Virus record (IMG/VR): IMGVR_UViG_3300048848_000233 | Location: 1-38,775 of that record | Strand: one strand, 5' to 3' | Length of the DNA stretch: 38,775 nt | DNA from: a virus | Lineage: Duplodnaviria > Caudoviricetes | In this document: one piece after another, positions 26,382 through 35,746 of the stretch | Layout of the letters: the number at the start of each line of letters is the position of its first letter | Position numbering within the stretch: position 1 is the stretch's first letter | The notes under the pieces: model-generated | What the model saw: only the letters and a program-made list of their open reading frames with translations | The model's database searches: none | Told to the model about the DNA's origin: nothing | Position numbers and translations under genes: made by a program

Positions 26382-28259
26382 ATGGCCGTCTTCAACACAC
26401 CCGACTGGAGCATCGACTTCAATCGGGCACTTGCTGCTGTCCCGGAACACATCGTTGGCGCAGAAGGGGTCCCGGATCTCACGGACCCGCTGATCGCCTA
26501 CCGGTACCTGGAGAAGCGACGCTCCACGATTGTCGAGTCGGTCCGGCAGCGTCCCCTCCTGCGGTTGTGGGACAAGAACATGCGTCAGATCGGCGAGATC
26601 GCACAAGAGAAGTCGGTGATGCTCGAAGAGGTCATGGCCGACTCCGGCGGTGGCTCGATCGTCATCCGCCGGGACAACTGGCTGTCGGACTTCATCCTCA
26701 ACGATCGCCGGGTCGAAGAAGACCTGCACATCACGATGGACCCGATCGCCACCGCTCCGGACTGGCGAAGCCGCTGGGGCGGCAAGGTCATCGGCGTCAA
26801 CGCCGAGCGCGACGCGCAAGGTTCGCACACCGTCGAGCTGCAGTGTGTCTCCAACCGCGAGCACCTGAAGCACATTCTGGCAGGCGCTAATCCGATCTTC
26901 CCACCGGAAGTCCAGCTGCCGAAGATGTGGGTCCTGCCGTGGAACTGCCGGACCGGCATCTCCATCACGATGTGGATCAACCTCTGTCGGCAGTTCGCTC
27001 CGTGGCTGTCGATCCCGACCAACATCTTCAACCCCGGCGGCTGGATCGGCTCCGGCCTTGAAGGGGCCGACCCGCTGTCATGGCCGATCCAGGTCCAATA
27101 TCTCAACCCGATCTTCGACCAGTCTCGGTTCACGATTCTGACCAGCCGGTGGTCGGACATGCACACCGTCACAGCGCCTCTGCTGGAGGACGCCGGTTGC
27201 ATGATCCGGGCATACACCTGGTTGACGTCGGACACGACTTCTCCGCACCCGGAGATGGAGATCGGGCTCAAGGACATCCCCGTCTTCGGCGGCATCCTCG
27301 ACACGATCGCCGACACCCTCGGACTGCCCGACAGCCTCGACGATCTGGCCCGTCCCCGCCGCAACTGCGTAGTCATGGCCGTCGAGGACAAGTCCGGAGT
27401 CACCGGTCCTACAGGCACTTTCATCGACGGACCGATCCGACTTGCCGCCGAGACCGCCGACGACATGCTGACCGAGATCCTGCACGACGTCACCGGAGCC
27501 CTCGACTTCGACGGCGACGGCAAGACCGACCCGTTCATCCGCAAGCTGGCACTGACGGCTCCGAAGCCGCCGTGGGCTGTGTTCACTGACGGCGAGTACT
27601 CCGGCATTGTCGAGTCCCAGCGCTCGCTGCACTCGGCTACTGCCAAGACCGTGATGGTGGGCTCTAAGAGCCCGGGCTGGGTGAACCAGGCCCAGACGTT
27701 CGCTATCAAGTACGGCCTCTCTCAGCTGTCCGAACTGATCTACGCCGCAGCCGGTTTGGCCGTCTCCGGCTTCCAGGCACCTGGTACCCCAGGCCTGGAG
27801 GAGGCCTATCAGGGGTATCTCGACGATTCGCTCCTGGCCTGGCAACGGTTTACGGACCCACGCCGCGCAATCCTGATGGGAGACTTCGGCTTCCTGGAGC
27901 ACTTCGAGCGTGGATCAGGATCGGCGTACACCGTATCCGGGGCACTCGATCTGCGCACCGGCCACTGGAAGACCCGGGCCTACACCAGCTTCAAGACCTC
28001 GATCCGCAACGGGGCTCCGTACCTGGTCAACCACGACTTCACTCTCGGCGATCGGTTGGGCTTCCAGCAAGCCAACATCATCCATGTCGACCAGTGCACA
28101 GCCATCCGCTACTCGTGGGACGACACGACCCCGATCACTGTGCAGCTGTCGATCGGACGCGACGTCGAGGAAGAAGACCCGGTGGGCAAGGCCACTCGGA
28201 CGATCGCCGCCATCTGGAACACCTTCGGTGTCGCCATGGGCAGCACCGGTCTCTTCTGA
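26382..28259 (+). CDS. Minor tail protein (baseplate hub, ReqiPepy6 gp37-like)
   Basis: RPLLRLWDKN, NP.FPPEVQLPK, GSKSPGWVN, DFTLGDR. Confidence 0.88.
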   Translation: MAVFNTPDWSIDFNRALAAVPEHIVGAEGVPDLTDPLIAYRYLEKRRSTIVESVRQRPLLRLWDKNMRQIGEIAQEKSVMLEEVMADSGGGSIVIRRDNWLSDFILNDRRVEEDLHITMDPIATAPDWRSRWGGKVIGVNAERDAQGSHTVELQCVSNREHLKHILAGANPIFPPEVQLPKMWVLPWNCRTGISITMWINLCRQFAPWLSIPTNIFNPGGWIGSGLEGADPLSWPIQVQYLNPIFDQSRFTILTSRWSDMHTVTAPLLEDAGCMIRAYTWLTSDTTSPHPEMEIGLKDIPVFGGILDTIADTLGLPDSLDDLARPRRNCVVMAVEDKSGVTGPTGTFIDGPIRLAAETADDMLTEILHDVTGALDFDGDGKTDPFIRKLALTAPKPPWAVFTDGEYSGIVESQRSLHSATAKTVMVGSKSPGWVNQAQTFAIKYGLSQLSELIYAAAGLAVSGFQAPGTPGLEEAYQGYLDDSLLAWQRFTDPRRAILMGDFGFLEHFERGSGSAYTVSGALDLRTGHWKTRAYTSFKTSIRNGAPYLVNHDFTLGDRLGFQQANIIHVDQCTAIRYSWDDTTPITVQLSIGRDVEEEDPVGKATRTIAAIWNTFGVAMGSTGLF

Positions 28260-28288
28260 GACCCGAAATACCGCAGAGGAATAACGCG

Positions 28289-28459
28289 ATGAGACTGACT
28301 CTCGAAGGCCCACTCGACAGCGAAGACCAGCTGCCGGAACTGGAGTACGGACGCCACTCCGTCGACGTCGGACGGACCTGGTGGATCGGCTTTGTCTGGC
28401 ACATCTGGACCGGAATCGGTTGGCAGAAGGCCATTGCAAGCAACAAGGCACCGGCATGA
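28289..28459 (+). CDS. Small Trp-rich protein (56 aa)
   Basis: GAGGA SD; similar to a segment of the 28953 protein. Confidence 0.6.
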   Translation: MRLTLEGPLDSEDQLPELEYGRHSVDVGRTWWIGFVWHIWTGIGWQKAIASNKAPA

Positions 28460-28941
28460 ATCACCCCGATTACCTCCAAGAGGTCTTCGAGCAGCTGATC
28501 AGCGATCTGCAATACCCCGTCGCCAAGAACGGGGATGTCCTGGACACCCATGCAATTCGCCCCGGCATCGCCTATCACCTGGTCCGTGCAGGCTGGCGCA
28601 AGCCGAACAACGCCGACGGCCTGGCGCTGCGCGACGACGAACAGCACTGGGACGACCCGCAGATCAAGAAGCGCAAGGTGTACGGACCCGGAGTTATCGA
28701 GGACGCCGTGACCTGGGTCCCGGTCACCGATCCGGACGACCCGCTCGAAGACCTGCAGAACATGACCGTGGCTCAGATCGAGGCTCTTCCAGCAGATCTG
28801 CGCGATGAAGCCAAGCGACGTCTTGGGCTCCTGCCACCGCTGCCGACCAAGGCAGACAGCGAGAACCTGCAACCGGCTTGGTCGGTCGCTCCCTCCATCA
28901 ACATCACCGACGCCGATGACGTCGAGAACCACTGGACCTGA
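28456..28941 (+). CDS. DUF2744-like tail-region protein
   Basis: ATGA overlap; IAYHLVRAGWR, PQIKKR, WVPV.DPDDP. Confidence 0.7.
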   Translation: MNHPDYLQEVFEQLISDLQYPVAKNGDVLDTHAIRPGIAYHLVRAGWRKPNNADGLALRDDEQHWDDPQIKKRKVYGPGVIEDAVTWVPVTDPDDPLEDLQNMTVAQIEALPADLRDEAKRRLGLLPPLPTKADSENLQPAWSVAPSINITDADDVENHWT

Positions 28942-28952
28942 AGGGAACAGTA

Positions 28953-30032
28953 ATGCCGACACCACCTCCTGGATCTGACGTCTACCTCGGTTCGATCCTG
29001 ACCAACGTCCATCTCTGGGGCATCATCTCCGACCACGACACCCCGACCATGATGGCCGGTAGCTTCGAGATCCTCGGCAACGACGGTGCCATCACGCTGG
29101 ATGCTCTGGTCGGCCCACAAGGTCGTCCCGGCGACAACGCACCGATCGTCAAGATGCAGTGGAACAGCATCACCGACCCAGAGGATCTGCCGCAGAACCT
29201 CACCGACGACGAGCTGGACGTCGGCAAGGCCTGGTGGATCGGTAACCAGGTCTACGTCTGGGACGGCGAGCAGTACCGGATCAGGGCTATGGGTACCCAG
29301 GGTCCTCCCGGACCGGTGCCCAACATTCACCCGACCTTCGAGCTGCTCGACCCGGATGACTCCGACCTGGAGAACGAGATCATCGTCACCGGCACAGCGC
29401 TGAATCCCAACTGGCACTTCAAGGGCAAGTTCCCTCGTGGTCCTCAGGGTGAGAACGCCACGATCCGGGACGCCACGGATTACGACGACACCGAGGCCCC
29501 CGAGATCGGTGAAGCGATCGTCTGGAACGGCCAGAACTTCCAGGCCCAGCCAATCGGCAACATCATGCCTCGGCTGTACTCGCTGCCGGAGTCCGGCTTC
29601 ACCAACTTCACCGGTATCACGACCCGGCAGCAGATCGGCCAGATCGTCATCCCTCCGCAGGAGTTCTCCTGGGTGCCCAAGGTCATGGGCCACATCCGCG
29701 CCGTCGGCGTCGAGGGTGACGCCGATCCGTTCATCCTCGGTTGTGAAGTCCGCCTCGGACATCCGACGTCCGGTGTCCTGGTCGGTCGTGGCTTCGGCAA
29801 CATCTCGACCTGGACCACGATCGTCCCTCACTTCTCCTCGCCGCAGTCGGGAAGCACCGCCGTCACCCCGGAGAACGGTCACGCCGTCGTCCCGGCCAAC
29901 TCGACCGGACAGGCAACGACGTTGTACGTCAACCTGTTCAACGACGGCTTCGCTGGTGTCTACAACTTCAACAAGAACAACGCCCAGCTGACCGTCGAGG
30001 TCATCCCTGTCTCCGGCTTCGTGAACGGATAA
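28953..30032 (+). CDS. Minor tail protein with short collagen-like motifs
   Basis: GPQGRPG, GTQGPPGP, RGPQGE; synteny. Confidence 0.85.
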   Translation: MPTPPPGSDVYLGSILTNVHLWGIISDHDTPTMMAGSFEILGNDGAITLDALVGPQGRPGDNAPIVKMQWNSITDPEDLPQNLTDDELDVGKAWWIGNQVYVWDGEQYRIRAMGTQGPPGPVPNIHPTFELLDPDDSDLENEIIVTGTALNPNWHFKGKFPRGPQGENATIRDATDYDDTEAPEIGEAIVWNGQNFQAQPIGNIMPRLYSLPESGFTNFTGITTRQQIGQIVIPPQEFSWVPKVMGHIRAVGVEGDADPFILGCEVRLGHPTSGVLVGRGFGNISTWTTIVPHFSSPQSGSTAVTPENGHAVVPANSTGQATTLYVNLFNDGFAGVYNFNKNNAQLTVEVIPVSGFVNG

Positions 30033-30038
30033 CGACGG

Positions 30039-32810
30039 ATGCCACGCGCTGTAGACCGGCGGAACATCGAGGCCGATTACGACCCGACTCGGCAGGGCAC
30101 GGAGTTCCACTTCGCGAGCATGCTGGGCGACTCCTTCGAGTTGGTCTTGCAGGCGCTGCAGGAGGCTGCCGAGAACCTCAAGGCTCAGGTCATCGACTTC
30201 ATCAAGGACCTGACGGGGCTGGACCTTTCGAGTCCCGAAAGTCTGTTCGTCAGCCTGGCCGAGCTGGTTGTCAACGGACCGGCTCAGGTCTTGGCTTTCA
30301 TCGAGTCGATCATCCGGCAGATCGGTGCCGCCTTCCTCAACGGTGGAGCTGCCGTCGAGCAGCTGATCCGGAACTTTCCTCCTCTTCCGTTCTCCCACAT
30401 CGTCGATGACAACCCGCTGTCCAACTCGACTTTCGACACCAACCTCGACGGCTGGACCATTTTTGGAGGCGGCTGGTCGCATGACGCCAGTGTGGGCAAG
30501 GCCAAGTCGGGCTCGGCCAAAGCGACCGGTGACGGCACCTTCAATCGTGACCTGATCTCGGAGCAGTTCGACGTCGAGGAAGGCCAGGAGATTCCGATCT
30601 CGGCCAGCGTGCGCTGGGCAGGATTCACCTCCACTGCCGCCGACGCAATCCAGTTGGCCGTCACACTCTTCGACGGTGCCGGAAACCCGGTTGGCTACCC
30701 CGTCATCGACGCCGTTGGCCCCACCGGTACCCAGACCGCTTGGCAGACGCTCTCCGGCACGCTGACGGTCCCTGAAGGTGCCGAGAAGTACGCCGTTCGG
30801 CTGTCCATCCGGTCCTCCGGCACCGGCCAGGCTTGGTTCGACGACATCCATCCGTCGATGCCCGGGTCCGGTAATGCGCTGCTCGACATCCTGGAGCAGC
30901 TGCCAGTCATCGGCGACATCGTTCGGGCGATCACCGGCATCGCCAACGGCACCTTCTTCGACCTTGAGGAGTGGGCACAGCGAGTCCCGCTGCTGAATCT
31001 GATTACCGGCTGGCTCAACGGCGGTGTCATCCCGAACCTGGACGCCTCCAAGATCACCGACGGCACCTTCCTGCAGTCGCTGATCCCTCGTCTGGACATG
31101 GACAAGATCAACGGCCTGGTCGAGGCCATCACCAGCCTGCCGATCATCAGCGACATCGTTGCCCTGATCAACCGGTTCCTTCGTCCTGCCGGACTCCCAC
31201 TGATCCCGCTGTCCTCGATCGCCGACATCCAGCCCAACTTGCTCTTCGAGGGTGGCTTCGACGCCGCCGAGACGGTCAACACCGCCGACGGCTGGACCTG
31301 GGACGGCACGATCGGACGGGGCACCCCGGTCGGCTCCGCCAAGGTCGTTGCCACCGGTACCCTCAAGGAGTTGCAGAGCGGACCCGACACGATTCTGGTC
31401 GAGGAAGCCCAGGAACTGTCGCTGTCGGCCTGGGTGCGTTGGCGCAACCTGACCACCAACGGTTCCGGTGCACCCGTACAACTCACGGTCCGCACCTACG
31501 ACGCTGCCGGAGCGACAGTTTCGACGCACACCATCGCCGGTCTCGCGAATTCACATGGTGACAACTCCTCTAACGCCAGCCAGAACGACTTCGTACAGCT
31601 CACCGGCAGCTGGACGGTGCCCGCCGGTGTCAGCTCGGTCCGCCTCCGCCTGGCAGTGCTGCCCAGCGCTACTGCAGGCCAGATCTGGTTCGACGACGCC
31701 GAGGTCACCAAGACCCAGAAGATGCCGCAGACCTTCATCTCCGGCCTCACCGATGCACTGGAGAACCTGTTCGGCTGGATCGAAGACCTGGTGAACAACC
31801 TGTTGGGCGCACTGGGCCTGACGGGCTCCGGGACCTTGCTCGATCGGATCTTCGACCTGGCCGACGAGATCGGCGACTGGCTGCTGGGCACCGAGGACAC
31901 CGCCGGTGCCCTCGACGATCTCGCCTATGCCTTGCTGCACACCCCGGAGATGGTCATGGGTCAGCTCCAGGCAGTCAGCGACATCGTGTCCGGCATCTTC
32001 AACGGCTGGTTCGGGTCTGGCTCGACCGGCGACCCCGCCGAAGTCCAGTACGTCATCGAGGCGATCAAAGACACGGTGACGGCTGGCTACAACGTCACGA
32101 CCTTCACCTCCAGCGGCTCCTGGAACAAGCCCGCCGGTGTCAGCGAGATCATCGTCATCCTGATTGCCTCCGGCGCAAATGGTGCTTCCGGGTCAACGGC
32201 CAAGAACAGTGCCGGAATCACCGTCCAGGGCGGCTCTGGAGGCCAGGACGGCAGTTATGTGGTCCAGCAGCTAGAACCCGCAGACGTCCCCAACTCCGTG
32301 CCGATCACAGTCGGCATCAACGGCGGCAACACCTCCTTCGGATCGCTGGTCACCGTCAGCCCGGGAGCAGCAGGCGGTATGGCGACCCAGTTCGGCTTCT
32401 CGGAGACGACATCGCTTCCTGGCGCAGGTGGCAAGGGCGGCAACGTCGTCACGGCCAGCTCGGCTGCCACCGGCAACACCGGAGGCTCCTCGGCAGTCGC
32501 CGGAGGCGGAAGCGGTGGCACCGGCAGGAACGCCAGCGGCAATGGATCGGGCAACGCCGGTGACGCTGGCGATAACGCCAACCCGGCTGCCGTCACCAAG
32601 TGCGGTGGCGGCGGTGGTGGAGGCGGAGGCGGCTGCTACTCGGCTGGAACCTTCGTCAACGCCACTGGCGGCAACGGTGGCCCCGGCGGATACCCCGGCG
32701 GAGGCGGAGGCGGCGGAGGTGCTGCCGCGACTGCTGAAGCGGGCAACGTCGCCGCTGGCGGCACCCCCGGACCCGGGGCAGCCGGAATCTTGTGGATCTA
32801 CTGGAGGTGA
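30039..32810 (+). CDS. Minor tail / receptor-binding protein with two carbohydrate-binding-like domains and a Gly-rich C-terminus
   Basis: Two N..F...GW...WFDD modules; GGYPGGGGGGG end. Confidence 0.85.
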   Translation: MPRAVDRRNIEADYDPTRQGTEFHFASMLGDSFELVLQALQEAAENLKAQVIDFIKDLTGLDLSSPESLFVSLAELVVNGPAQVLAFIESIIRQIGAAFLNGGAAVEQLIRNFPPLPFSHIVDDNPLSNSTFDTNLDGWTIFGGGWSHDASVGKAKSGSAKATGDGTFNRDLISEQFDVEEGQEIPISASVRWAGFTSTAADAIQLAVTLFDGAGNPVGYPVIDAVGPTGTQTAWQTLSGTLTVPEGAEKYAVRLSIRSSGTGQAWFDDIHPSMPGSGNALLDILEQLPVIGDIVRAITGIANGTFFDLEEWAQRVPLLNLITGWLNGGVIPNLDASKITDGTFLQSLIPRLDMDKINGLVEAITSLPIISDIVALINRFLRPAGLPLIPLSSIADIQPNLLFEGGFDAAETVNTADGWTWDGTIGRGTPVGSAKVVATGTLKELQSGPDTILVEEAQELSLSAWVRWRNLTTNGSGAPVQLTVRTYDAAGATVSTHTIAGLANSHGDNSSNASQNDFVQLTGSWTVPAGVSSVRLRLAVLPSATAGQIWFDDAEVTKTQKMPQTFISGLTDALENLFGWIEDLVNNLLGALGLTGSGTLLDRIFDLADEIGDWLLGTEDTAGALDDLAYALLHTPEMVMGQLQAVSDIVSGIFNGWFGSGSTGDPAEVQYVIEAIKDTVTAGYNVTTFTSSGSWNKPAGVSEIIVILIASGANGASGSTAKNSAGITVQGGSGGQDGSYVVQQLEPADVPNSVPITVGINGGNTSFGSLVTVSPGAAGGMATQFGFSETTSLPGAGGKGGNVVTASSAATGNTGGSSAVAGGGSGGTGRNASGNGSGNAGDAGDNANPAAVTKCGGGGGGGGGGCYSAGTFVNATGGNGGPGGYPGGGGGGGGAAATAEAGNVAAGGTPGPGAAGILWIYWR

Positions 32811-32815
32811 GCGCA

Positions 32816-33148
32816 ATGGCATCGACTGCAACCTATCTCGGCGACATCTCCTGGTTGTGCCCAACTACCAAGCACTTCCGGTGTGACGACGGTCGGCACC
32901 TACTGATCACGGTCAAGGGCAACATTCCTCCGGCACCAGAGCTGGTGAACCTGACGACCGGACTCTCCGTGCCGATCGCCGTCAGCCAGATCCCTAAGGG
33001 CACCGAGGTCTTCCTGGCCGACGAGAACGCCGTGGTGCTCGACGCCGACGGTGAGCCTGCCAACGGCCTGACTCCACTGGCACAGTTCGAAGACGGCACC
33101 AGCTTCGAGGCGGCACTGGCTCAGCTCGGCTACCCGGAGGTGCGATGA
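32816..33148 (+). CDS. Conserved tail-region small protein
   Basis: GGAGG SD; CPTTKHFRCDDG, TEVFLADE, AALAQLGY. Confidence 0.75.
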   Translation: MASTATYLGDISWLCPTTKHFRCDDGRHLLITVKGNIPPAPELVNLTTGLSVPIAVSQIPKGTEVFLADENAVVLDADGEPANGLTPLAQFEDGTSFEAALAQLGYPEVR

Positions 33149-33244
33149 TGACGCCCATTCAGATCCGCGCCTTGGCGAATAGCGTTGCGCCACTCCTCGC
33201 AAGCGTGCCTCCGCAGTGGCCAGCGCCTGAACCCTCCCGGCGCG

Positions 33245-33679
33245 TTACCGTTGCGGTGCCCGCTCGACAATTAGCGGGTACATCGCAGCCACTTTGCCTT
33301 CGTCTAAACCCTCCGGATGCACCGTGACGACGTACGTCCCAGCACGTGGGACGGTGAATGTCAGCGGAAAATGCAGGTGGCAGTACTTGAAACCGCCGGG
33401 TCCGTCCTTCCAGCCAGGCATGAGAGCCTCAATGGTGCTTCCGGCATCGGGTTCCTGTGCGCGAAGCTGAATCTCCAGCTTGGGTGATTCCGGGTCACCG
33501 TCCTGATGCATAGCGAAAATAGCTGCAGACACTTGGAAAGTGATCGGGCCGCCCTCTGGAACGGGCTGATCCGCGTTGCCTGCTACCGCAAGATGCATGA
33601 TCCCCGCGTGTGTGAGGTGCATCGTGTCGATGTCGGTGTGCTCAGCCCCGCCGCACAGAATGAACGAGTTAATTACCAT
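33245..33679 (-). CDS. Hypothetical beta-sandwich protein (DUF6941-like; moron in the tail operon)
   Basis: Antisense ORF with GAAGGGG SD; FILC..A and F..P.AGTY.V motifs; upstream TAAACT. Confidence 0.6.
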   Translation of the reverse strand: MVINSFILCGGAEHTDIDTMHLTHAGIMHLAVAGNADQPVPEGGPITFQVSAAIFAMHQDGDPESPKLEIQLRAQEPDAGSTIEALMPGWKDGPGGFKYCHLHFPLTFTVPRAGTYVVTVHPEGLDEGKVAAMYPLIVERAPQR

Positions 33680-33802
33680 GCTGGTATCGACCCCTTCCGG
33701 TCGCTCACACCCCTGGCAGCCTCTCCGCTGTGCAGGGGTTCTCTCATTCGAGCAGCAGTTTATAGCTTCCCCTGACCCGACCAGTACGGAGAGGAATGGT
33801 CT

Positions 33803-34996
33803 ATGTGGTCCAGCACCCCGACGCCGACACCGGAGATCCGAATCGGCGCAGCGTGGTCCTCAACACCCCCGGCACCTGATCCGGTCACTCACGAGACCGG
33901 CTGGTGGGCAGTAGTCGGCCTGGAGACAGCTCTGTCGATCCACTGGGTCACCGAGACCGAGCTACGTGCACTGAAGAAGCTCAACATGGTTCGGGCGATC
34001 ACGGTGAGTCGATCGCTGGCTCTGAAGGCCGTCTACAGGATGATCTTCAACCAGCCCATCACGGTTACCCGGAACCTCGCTCTGTCCGGCACATTTCAGC
34101 TCGACGCCACCCTGGCCGTCGAGGTCGAGCGTGCACTGACCTTGGGGCGCATCGCCACCCTGGACCTGGGTCAGACCATCTCGTGGTCACCGCTGTTGGG
34201 CATGCAGAGCGTCCGACCGATCGAACTGTCGCAGACGATCACGGTGTCCACGGACCAGACGCTGACCCGGATCGCTCCGCTCGCTACTGCACAGACAATC
34301 GCCCTGACCCGACTGCTCGAACTGAAGTCGGTCTCCATGGTTGACCTCGCCCAAACGATCACGGCCAGCCGAGCATTGGAGATCGAGCGACTCCGGATCA
34401 TCGACCTGTCCCGGGCCGTCACGGTGAACCGCTCGATGTCCCTGGGCTTCCGCACGACCGGCCTGCCCGCCACCCAGACCTACACCACCGTGGGTGCCTA
34501 CTCCTGGAGCTTCCCGCGCAACTCGGACTTCATCGACGCCGTACTCCTCGGCGGAGGCGGAGGCGGCACCAACGGTGGCAGCAACTCCGCCGGTGTCGGC
34601 GGCACCAGAGGGGCGATCGGAAGCCGGACCTGGGAGCGAGGAGCCGACATCCCCTGGGGCCAACTCATACTCACCGGATCAGTCGGTGCCGCAGGAACCG
34701 CAGGAGGCGGCAACGGTGGCAGCAGCAGCGTCACTTCGGTCAGCGGCTTCACCGGCTTCGCTGCCGCTGGTGGCACGGGCGGAGCCAACAACTCCGCATC
34801 GGGCCAGGATGCCTCCTCGCTGACGCTCAACGGCATCACCTACTCAGGTGGCACCGGCGGAGCGCACAACCCGACCGGAACCGGCGGTGGCGGTGGTGTC
34901 GGCGCAGGCGGAGCCGGAGGCGGCTCGTTCTTCTTCTCCGGACAGCCCGGAGGCCCCGGCGGACGGGGCCAAGTGTGGTTCCGCGCATACCAATAA
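33803..34996 (+). CDS. Minor tail protein with 20-aa repeats and a Gly-rich C-terminus
   Basis: GAGAGGA SD; QTIT repeats; GG.GG.GQVWFRAYQ end. Confidence 0.82.
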   Translation: MWSSTPTPTPEIRIGAAWSSTPPAPDPVTHETGWWAVVGLETALSIHWVTETELRALKKLNMVRAITVSRSLALKAVYRMIFNQPITVTRNLALSGTFQLDATLAVEVERALTLGRIATLDLGQTISWSPLLGMQSVRPIELSQTITVSTDQTLTRIAPLATAQTIALTRLLELKSVSMVDLAQTITASRALEIERLRIIDLSRAVTVNRSMSLGFRTTGLPATQTYTTVGAYSWSFPRNSDFIDAVLLGGGGGGTNGGSNSAGVGGTRGAIGSRTWERGADIPWGQLILTGSVGAAGTAGGGNGGSSSVTSVSGFTGFAAAGGTGGANNSASGQDASSLTLNGITYSGGTGGAHNPTGTGGGGGVGAGGAGGGSFFFSGQPGGPGGRGQVWFRAYQ

Positions 34997-35017
34997 CCCG
35001 AAAGGACCCCTACGACC

Positions 35018-35407
35018 ATGGCTTACGGCATCTCCAACTACCTCGCGAACAAGCTGCTGGACCACACGTTCCGCAACGTCGCCTACACCCCGCCGACGAC
35101 GGTCTACGCCAAGCTGCACACCGGAGACCCGGGCGCAAACGGCACCGCCAACGCCAGCTCGGTAACGACTCGCTATGCCACTACCTGGGCAGCAGCAGCA
35201 TCCGGCTCGATCTCGATGTCCAACACCCCGGAGCACACCCTCGGCGCTACCGAGACGATCGCCTCGGTCAGCTTCTGGGACAGCGCAGGACCCTCCGGCG
35301 GCAACTTCCTGTACTCGGCTCAGGCCGCAGCGACCAAGGGCGGTGCCAGCGGAGACATCATCCGCATCAACACCAACTCGATCAACTTCACGCCGCTGGC
35401 AGCGTAA
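35018..35407 (+). CDS. Minor tail protein
   Basis: YAKLHTGDPGANGTAN motif. Confidence 0.8.
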   Translation: MAYGISNYLANKLLDHTFRNVAYTPPTTVYAKLHTGDPGANGTANASSVTTRYATTWAAAASGSISMSNTPEHTLGATETIASVSFWDSAGPSGGNFLYSAQAAATKGGASGDIIRINTNSINFTPLAA

Positions 35408-35419
35408 GGACCAACGATC

Positions 35420-35650
35420 ATGGCAGCAGAAGACTTTGAGTCCGGCGCAGTCAAGCAGCATCCCCTCACCAAGGCCGTGGCAGTTCGGACGGCCTACCCG
35501 GATATGGAGATGTTCCAGGACCGGCAGTGGGGTGTCATGACCCTGAACAACGGTGGCCACTACGCCACCTATGACGATGTGGCGGAATGGCCGAACATGG
35601 TCCCGGCGGAGAACCCTCCGGCAGACCCTGAGCCCGAAGTCGAGCAGTGA
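35420..35650 (+). CDS. Hypothetical protein
   Basis: AAGGA SD. Confidence 0.7.
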   Translation: MAAEDFESGAVKQHPLTKAVAVRTAYPDMEMFQDRQWGVMTLNNGGHYATYDDVAEWPNMVPAENPPADPEPEVEQ

Positions 35651-35745
35651 AGCGCACTCTGACCACGATCGCCCTCGTGATGGTCGGCGGAATCGCCGTC
35701 GACCTCGTGGGGGCCTACCTCTGGCTGATGTACATCGCTGACTGA
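35647..35745 (+). CDS. 32-aa single-TM peptide (not in track)
   Basis: GTGA overlap; MKRTLTTIALVMVGGIAVDLVGAYLWLMYIAD. Confidence 0.5.
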   Translation: MKRTLTTIALVMVGGIAVDLVGAYLWLMYIAD

Positions 35746-35746
35746 G

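Noticed and set aside
32400-34970. Gly-rich tracts as PE_PGRS genes or a diversity-generating retroelement target
   Set aside because: These are ordinary Gly-rich C-termini of actinophage minor tail proteins; there is no PE domain, reverse transcriptase or TR/VR pair
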